Assembly (NCBI GenBank): GCA_963827235.1
Contig: CAWHAE010000012.1
Coordinates: forward strand, 352,001-416,000
Origin: an uncultured bacterium
GTDB taxonomy: Bacteria > Chloroflexota > UBA5177 > JANWHV01
Reading direction: 5' to 3'
DNA: 64,000 nucleotides
How positions within the stretch are numbered: the first letter of the stretch is position 1; every line of letters starts with the position of its first letter. Below the pieces are notes generated by a model. The model had not been told where the DNA came from, ran no database searches, and worked only from the letters and a program-made list of their open reading frames with translations. Positions 59,108 to 64,000 of the stretch are shown here, one piece after another. The position numbers were made by a program, and so were the translations under genes.

Positions 59108-60362
59108 CCCAGATTCCTCCCGTAAGCTCTGTCCCGCTGTCGCCGATTCGTCTCGCTAGGACTGCGGCCGCAGCTACGGCTTCCTCGTATGACCGGTCCT
59201 TCATGCCCTGATCGAGCTCTCTCGCCAGGAGCGTCGCTCTGTCTGCGGAGGCAATGCTGACCGATCGGGCCACCTCGCCGGCGTCGGGCAGGCTCGCCGT
59301 AACGCGAGCGACAGGCCGATCCCCATCCCTCTCGACTGCGAAGTGGGCACCCCGTTCGCCCACATCGGTGTCGATGCGCACACCTTCTACCCTGGCCTGC
59401 GGGCCAACCGACAACTTCGGCTTCAGTGCCAGCTCGATTCGCTGCTCGCCTAGTCCCGCCAATTCATAGCGTACCACGCCCTGCTCAGTGTGCGACGCTT
59501 TAACGTCCCAGGCCAGTCGAGAGATCAACCAGCCGGCGAGCAGCAATGCGACCCCGGCATTGCCGGGGTGGTCGGGTGCTGCCACGCCGGGGCTGCGGGC
59601 TGCGTAGTCAATGGTCACCGAAGTAATGCGGCTGATACAGTCGGCACAGACCGGATTGTCGAAGAACTGGGACACGAGAGTGCGCCAGTCGGAAAGCTGC
59701 TTCCAAGCTAGATCGCCGAAGGCCTGATAGGGCTTGCATGCACGTATGAACTCGCCATACATCACGATGCTGGTGAGCGGCGTCGAGAATGCGCTGGAAT
59801 CCACTATCACTCGGTCGCAGGCATCGACCATGCGAGGCCAGAACGCGTGGCCGACCGGCAGATCGCCGGGCCACCAGAGGAACGTGGGCAGGTCGGGCAG
59901 CAGGAGGGGCAGGACCACGCTCGGCAAGATGTCCGCTACAGGGCCATGGGCGTAGATACGCACCTGTTCGTGTACGATCTTCCGCCCGCCGGCTCCCGTC
60001 AGCGACAGCGCTCGCACCGAGGCGCTGATCTCTGCCGGCCCGTTTGCCTCGTCCGCGACGATCAGGATCGTGCGAAAAGGATGCGTCGCCACCACGTGCT
60101 CGACCACGTCCAGCGCACTCTCGCCCTCAAGCGAGAGACCAGCTGTGGTGTAGGCGACGAAATTGAGCACTCTGGCGCGCGCCACGCCGGCGATCGCCGA
60201 GACGCCATCATACTGCTCGCTCGGGTCGGCGGCCGATTTGCGCGCTGCTTGTGCAGCGCTTTTCCAGAGCTTCTCGAGTTCCAGCTCGATAGCCGCCAGG
60301 GGAACCGGCGACTCTCGCCATCCATCGGCGGCTATCCCGCTCCGCGGAGTGTCCCTTTCCAT
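59073..60362 (-). CDS. opcA: Glucose-6-phosphate dehydrogenase assembly protein OpcA
   Basis: HPFRTI, VLPLLLPDLPTFLWWPG, DRVIVDS and DLAW..L..WR. Located between zwf and pgl. Confidence 0.9.
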   Translation of the reverse strand: MERDTPRSGIAADGWRESPVPLAAIELELEKLWKSAAQAARKSAADPSEQYDGVSAIAGVARARVLNFVAYTTAGLSLEGESALDVVEHVVATHPFRTILIVADEANGPAEISASVRALSLTGAGGRKIVHEQVRIYAHGPVADILPSVVLPLLLPDLPTFLWWPGDLPVGHAFWPRMVDACDRVIVDSSAFSTPLTSIVMYGEFIRACKPYQAFGDLAWKQLSDWRTLVSQFFDNPVCADCISRITSVTIDYAARSPGVAAPDHPGNAGVALLLAGWLISRLAWDVKASHTEQGVVRYELAGLGEQRIELALKPKLSVGPQARVEGVRIDTDVGERGAHFAVERDGDRPVARVTASLPDAGEVARSVSIASADRATLLARELDQGMKDRSYEEAVAAAAVLARRIGDSGTELTGGIWDAGRGPGPSAL

Positions 60363-60496
60363 CGATCTCGAACTCTCTCAGTGAGGCAATACCAACGAGC
60401 ATGCCACTCGTCGTCCGCGACGAGCACTATCGTGACGGGGCTGATCAAACCTGGCATGGGAAGTCCGTTGCGGGAAGAGAGGTAGGCGACGCTCGC

Positions 60497-62077
60497 TTAC
60501 GGTCGGCGCCACCGCCGTCCGTCGCGCTCGATGAAAGCCTCGGCTTCTGCCGGTCCCCACGTGCCGGCCTCGTAGGCCGGCAACTGCACCCGCCTTGCCG
60601 CTTCCTCGCGCCAGCCGTCGAGGATGCCGGATATGAACGTCCAGGACGATTCGACCTCGTCTTTTCGCGTGAACAGTGTGGAGTCGCCAATCATGCAATC
60701 CATGAGCAGCCGCTCGTACGCATCGGGCGACTCCACGTCGAAGGCGTCGTCGTACATGAAGTCCATATTGACGGTACGCATACCCATGACCGTGCCCGGG
60801 ATCTTGGCCGCGAACTTGAGCGAGATGCCTTCGTTCGGCTGGATCCGCATGGCCAGCACGTTCGGCTCGGTCGGCAGTTGGGCAGCCCGCATGAACGGTG
60901 AATGCGGCGCACTCTTGAACTGGATCGCGACCTCGCTCACTCGCTTGGGAAGGCGCTTGCCGTTGCGAATGTAGAACGGCACGTCTGCCCAACGCCAGTT
61001 GTCGAGGAACAGCTTCAGGGCGACGTAGGTCTCCGTACTGGAGTCCGGCCGCACTGCCGGCTCGTCGCGGTATCCCGGCACGTGCGCGCCTGCAATCCAG
61101 CCCTCCGCGTATTGGCCGCGCACGGTGAAGTCGGATACTTCGCGCTCATGGATCGGCCGTAGCGCGTGCAGCACCTTCACTTTCTCGTTGCGAACTGCCT
61201 CGGCGTCGAATGAGCCGGGCGGCTCCATGGCCACCAGCGCCAAAACCTGCAAAATATGGCTTTGCACCATGTCGCGCAGCGCACCGGCCTCCTCGTAGTA
61301 GCCTCCGCGCCCCTCCACACCAATGCTTTCGGCGACCGTGATCTGCACGTGGTCGATGTAGCGGCGGTTCCATATGGGCTCGAAGATCCCATTCGCAAAG
61401 CGAAAGACGAGGATATTCTGGACCGTCTCCTTGCCGAGGTAGTGATCTATGCGGTAGACTTGCTCTTCCTTGAAGACCTGCAGAATCTGCTGATTCAGCG
61501 CCAGAGCACTCGCGAGATCGCGCCCAAACGGCTTCTCCACGATAATTCGCGTCCAGCCTTGTCCCTGGGAGCGATCGGTAACCAGCCCGGCTGCGCCGAG
61601 TTGCCGCACGATCTCTGGGTAGAAGCTCGGCGGAGTCGCGAGGTAGAAGATGCGATTCCCCGCGGCTCCGTGCGCCTTGTCGACCTGCTCGAGCTTGCGG
61701 CGCAATGCCTGGTAGTCGGCGGGGCGGGTGAACTCGCCGGGGACCCAGTCGGTGTTGTCGGCGAACGTCTGCCACACAGCCGGCTCGATGGGCTTCCTTC
61801 TCGAGAACGAGTTGACGGAGGTCTTGAAGCGATCGCGAAACGCCGCTAACGGGTCGCGCGATTCGCTGCCTGCTATATCGGCGCGGGAATAGCCGACTAC
61901 GGAGAAGCCGTGCGGCAGGAGTTGCTCAAGAGCCAGGTTGTAGAGCGCGGGCATCAGCTTCCTGCGAGTCAGGTCGCCGGTGGCGCCAAATATCACCATG
62001 GTACACGGCTCGGCGGTGCGCTCAAGCTCGATACCCTGGCGCAGAGGGTTAGGCGTTAAGGTTGGCGCTGCCACCAT
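60497..62077 (-). CDS. zwf: Glucose-6-phosphate 1-dehydrogenase
   Basis: IFGATGDL, EKPFG, RIDHYLGKE, RDMVQSH and AYERL. Confidence 0.97.
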   Translation of the reverse strand: MVAAPTLTPNPLRQGIELERTAEPCTMVIFGATGDLTRRKLMPALYNLALEQLLPHGFSVVGYSRADIAGSESRDPLAAFRDRFKTSVNSFSRRKPIEPAVWQTFADNTDWVPGEFTRPADYQALRRKLEQVDKAHGAAGNRIFYLATPPSFYPEIVRQLGAAGLVTDRSQGQGWTRIIVEKPFGRDLASALALNQQILQVFKEEQVYRIDHYLGKETVQNILVFRFANGIFEPIWNRRYIDHVQITVAESIGVEGRGGYYEEAGALRDMVQSHILQVLALVAMEPPGSFDAEAVRNEKVKVLHALRPIHEREVSDFTVRGQYAEGWIAGAHVPGYRDEPAVRPDSSTETYVALKLFLDNWRWADVPFYIRNGKRLPKRVSEVAIQFKSAPHSPFMRAAQLPTEPNVLAMRIQPNEGISLKFAAKIPGTVMGMRTVNMDFMYDDAFDVESPDAYERLLMDCMIGDSTLFTRKDEVESSWTFISGILDGWREEAARRVQLPAYEAGTWGPAEAEAFIERDGRRWRRP

Positions 62078-62406
62078 GGTCCTCCCAGGGCCGTCAAAGT
62101 CGTAAGCGCTTCATGAATGCGTCCGGGCTGGAACTCGCCCGGTCGAAGCACCGGACGCGAGCGGCGTCGCTATGTCGAGCGCCGGAATTGGGGCTGGATT
62201 CATTGCCGATCTATTCTGGCCAGTCTACATGCGCGCACGCGTGCTTCTTCCACTATGGTACCGTGCCCGCCGATCAGACCGTAGCTGGGTGGGTAGCGGG
62301 CCGCTCGCGGCAGGGAGCAACCGTCCACCGGACACGCCGAGCGCCAGTCGTCGCGGGTCTGCTCTACCGTCCGATGCAGCCTTGATAGGCTGTTCCGTGG
62401 CGGCGG

Positions 62407-63639
62407 TCAGGAAATGGCCAGTGGGGCAGCAAGGTATTGAGATATCACCTGGCCCGCCGCGCCGATGATCTTGGCATCCGCGCCCAGCGTCGACCGCACG
62501 ATGCTGATACTGCTCGCGCCCGCGCCCGGCTTGAGCACCAGGCGCTGCTCCAGCGACTTCATCTCCTCAAAGAGCAGCGCGCCGCCCCGTATGACCGAGC
62601 CGCTCAACACGACCAGCTCCGGATCCCAGTTATCGACCATGTTGGCCACGGCAATGCCAAGATACGTGGCCGCGCGATCCAGAAGCTCGCCGGCCAGCGG
62701 ATCCGCTGCTTCTGCCGCCGCGAGCAGGTCGTCGATGGCGATCGGCCGCTGGGCCGCTCGCAACGCCGAGGGGCGCCCGGCGGCCAATGCCTCGTTCGCC
62801 CGCGCAACCAAGCCGTTGGCCGAAGTGAACACCTCGAGGCAGCCGCGATTGCCGCAGCCGCAGAGCGGCCCGCCGAGCTCCATCGTATTGTGCCCGATCT
62901 CGCCCGCGGCTCCGTGAGTACCGCGGTAGACCGATCCGTCCAGGATCACCGCCCCGCCGACGCCAAAGCCTACATCGATGAACACGGCCGAGCGGGTGCC
63001 GCGTGCGACGCCGAACTCGTACTCGGCCAGGGCGACCGATCGGACCTCGTTGTCGACGAAGGTAGGAAGCGAGAGCTTGCTCTCAATCATGGCTTTGAAC
63101 TGCACGTCGTGCCAGCCCAAGTTCGGCGAGAACAGACAGCGGCCGTCCGGCCAGCTGATCATGCCCGGAAAGGCCACTCCGGCACCAAGAACTGTCTCGG
63201 GACGCTCCTTGGCCAGGATACACTCGGCCAGCCCGGCTATCAGATCCACGGCGAGCTCGGGTGTAGCCCCCACTGGAACCGAGGCGTGCATCACGTCGCC
63301 CACCGTGCCGCCCATATCTACGAGTGCCGCCGTGATGTCGCGCACGTCGAGGTCGATGCCCAGGGCAGTTCGTGCGCTGGGGTTGAAGCGCAGGCTCACC
63401 GGCCGGCGGCCGACGCTTCCGGTTACCACGGTAGATTCTTCCTGCACCAGCTCTTCTTCGAGCAGATGGTCCACGATCGCGCTCACGGTCGCCGGACTCA
63501 AGCCCGTATTTCGCGCGATCACAGCGCGTGAGAGAGCGCTGTCGCTGCGAATGAGGTTGAGCACCATAGAGCGATTAGCCTGCTGCATCAGGCGTCCGCT
63601 CACCTTGCGAGGTGGAATTCGTCGCGCCGCACTAATCAT
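62407..63639 (-). CDS. ROK-family transcriptional repressor (XylR/NagC-like)
   Basis: N-terminal wHTH (SRA.IA..TGLSPATVS, GRRP) and ROK domain GEIGH..CGCGNRGCLE. Confidence 0.93.
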   Translation of the reverse strand: MISAARRIPPRKVSGRLMQQANRSMVLNLIRSDSALSRAVIARNTGLSPATVSAIVDHLLEEELVQEESTVVTGSVGRRPVSLRFNPSARTALGIDLDVRDITAALVDMGGTVGDVMHASVPVGATPELAVDLIAGLAECILAKERPETVLGAGVAFPGMISWPDGRCLFSPNLGWHDVQFKAMIESKLSLPTFVDNEVRSVALAEYEFGVARGTRSAVFIDVGFGVGGAVILDGSVYRGTHGAAGEIGHNTMELGGPLCGCGNRGCLEVFTSANGLVARANEALAAGRPSALRAAQRPIAIDDLLAAAEAADPLAGELLDRAATYLGIAVANMVDNWDPELVVLSGSVIRGGALLFEEMKSLEQRLVLKPGAGASSISIVRSTLGADAKIIGAAGQVISQYLAAPLAIS

Positions 63640-63828
63640 CGATCCACCCTTCGCGCATTCATGCCCTGCGTGCTCGGGGGTACCTCGGGCTTACGTGCGC
63701 ACGCAGGTCACGCCGGCTCATCGGGTCCGCATGGGCCAGACACGAGCTCATGTTGAAGCGTGACAAGCTCCGTTGCATTGAAGATACATCCCGCCGGCCC
63801 TGCCAGGTACGGAGCCGCCGCGATGCGC

Positions 63829-63857
63829 TTGACACGGTCCCATGAGCCTGCTACCGT
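63829..63857 (+). promoter_or_regulatory. Sigma70 promoter for a divergent gene beyond the window
   Basis: TTGACA-N17-TACCGT with an extended TGn. Confidence 0.75.
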
Positions 63858-63860
63858 GTT

Positions 63861-63885
63861 TATTAATTTACCGGCTGAATTAATA
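63861..63885. promoter_or_regulatory. AT-rich palindromic operator, probably bound by the ROK repressor
   Basis: TATTAATTTA-ccggc-TGAATTAATA (9/10 arm match) lies over the predicted +1, divergent from the ROK gene. Confidence 0.7.
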
Positions 63886-64000
63886 TATAATGGTAGCGGC
63901 TCTTTGGGTCGCCGTCAACCAGCTCGTATCGATTCTGTCGCTCGCTGCGCCGGCGGGGTGCCGGGTATTCGGGTAACAGGGGCGTCGGAGCGGCCGGATG

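Noticed and set aside
63890-64000. Possible large SRP RNA start (GGTAGCGG)
   Set aside because: The other SRP motifs are missing. More likely the 5' UTR of the next gene.

Overview
High-GC (roughly two-thirds G+C) bacterial chromosomal segment. Gene content and order (zwf-opcA-pgl, rodZ-like/yajQ/pgsA, rplS-yraN, KorAB, large secreted proteins with WYFAEG-type repeats) suggest a Chloroflexota-like soil organism; this is inference. Most of the window is housekeeping or metabolic: pseudouridine catabolism, 2-oxoacid:ferredoxin oxidoreductase, MFS exporter, flotillin/NfeD, MnSOD, class A PBP, two GT-C glycosyltransferases, uvrC, gdhA, metY, twin ferredoxins, a LeuCD-like hydratase with a GGT-family amidohydrolase, a radical-SAM/HhH protein, an ECF sigma with probable anti-sigma, MoxR, the oxidative pentose phosphate genes and a ROK repressor with a clear operator. 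I saw no rRNA, tRNA, transposase, integrase or CRISPR array. The most unusual items are: (1) a 967-aa ORF fusing an O-antigen ligase/Wzy-type membrane protein to a glutamine-synthetase-like domain that has lost two metal-ligand glutamates; (2) an unassigned, highly base-paired, lower-GC element between gdhA and metY (candidate ncRNA); (3) a four-module C-terminal domain shared by two otherwise unrelated giant secreted proteins; (4) a LeuCD-like + GGT-family operon lacking leuA/leuB. About six apparent 1-bp frameshifts suggest indel errors in the assembly, so fusions and splits need read-level checking.
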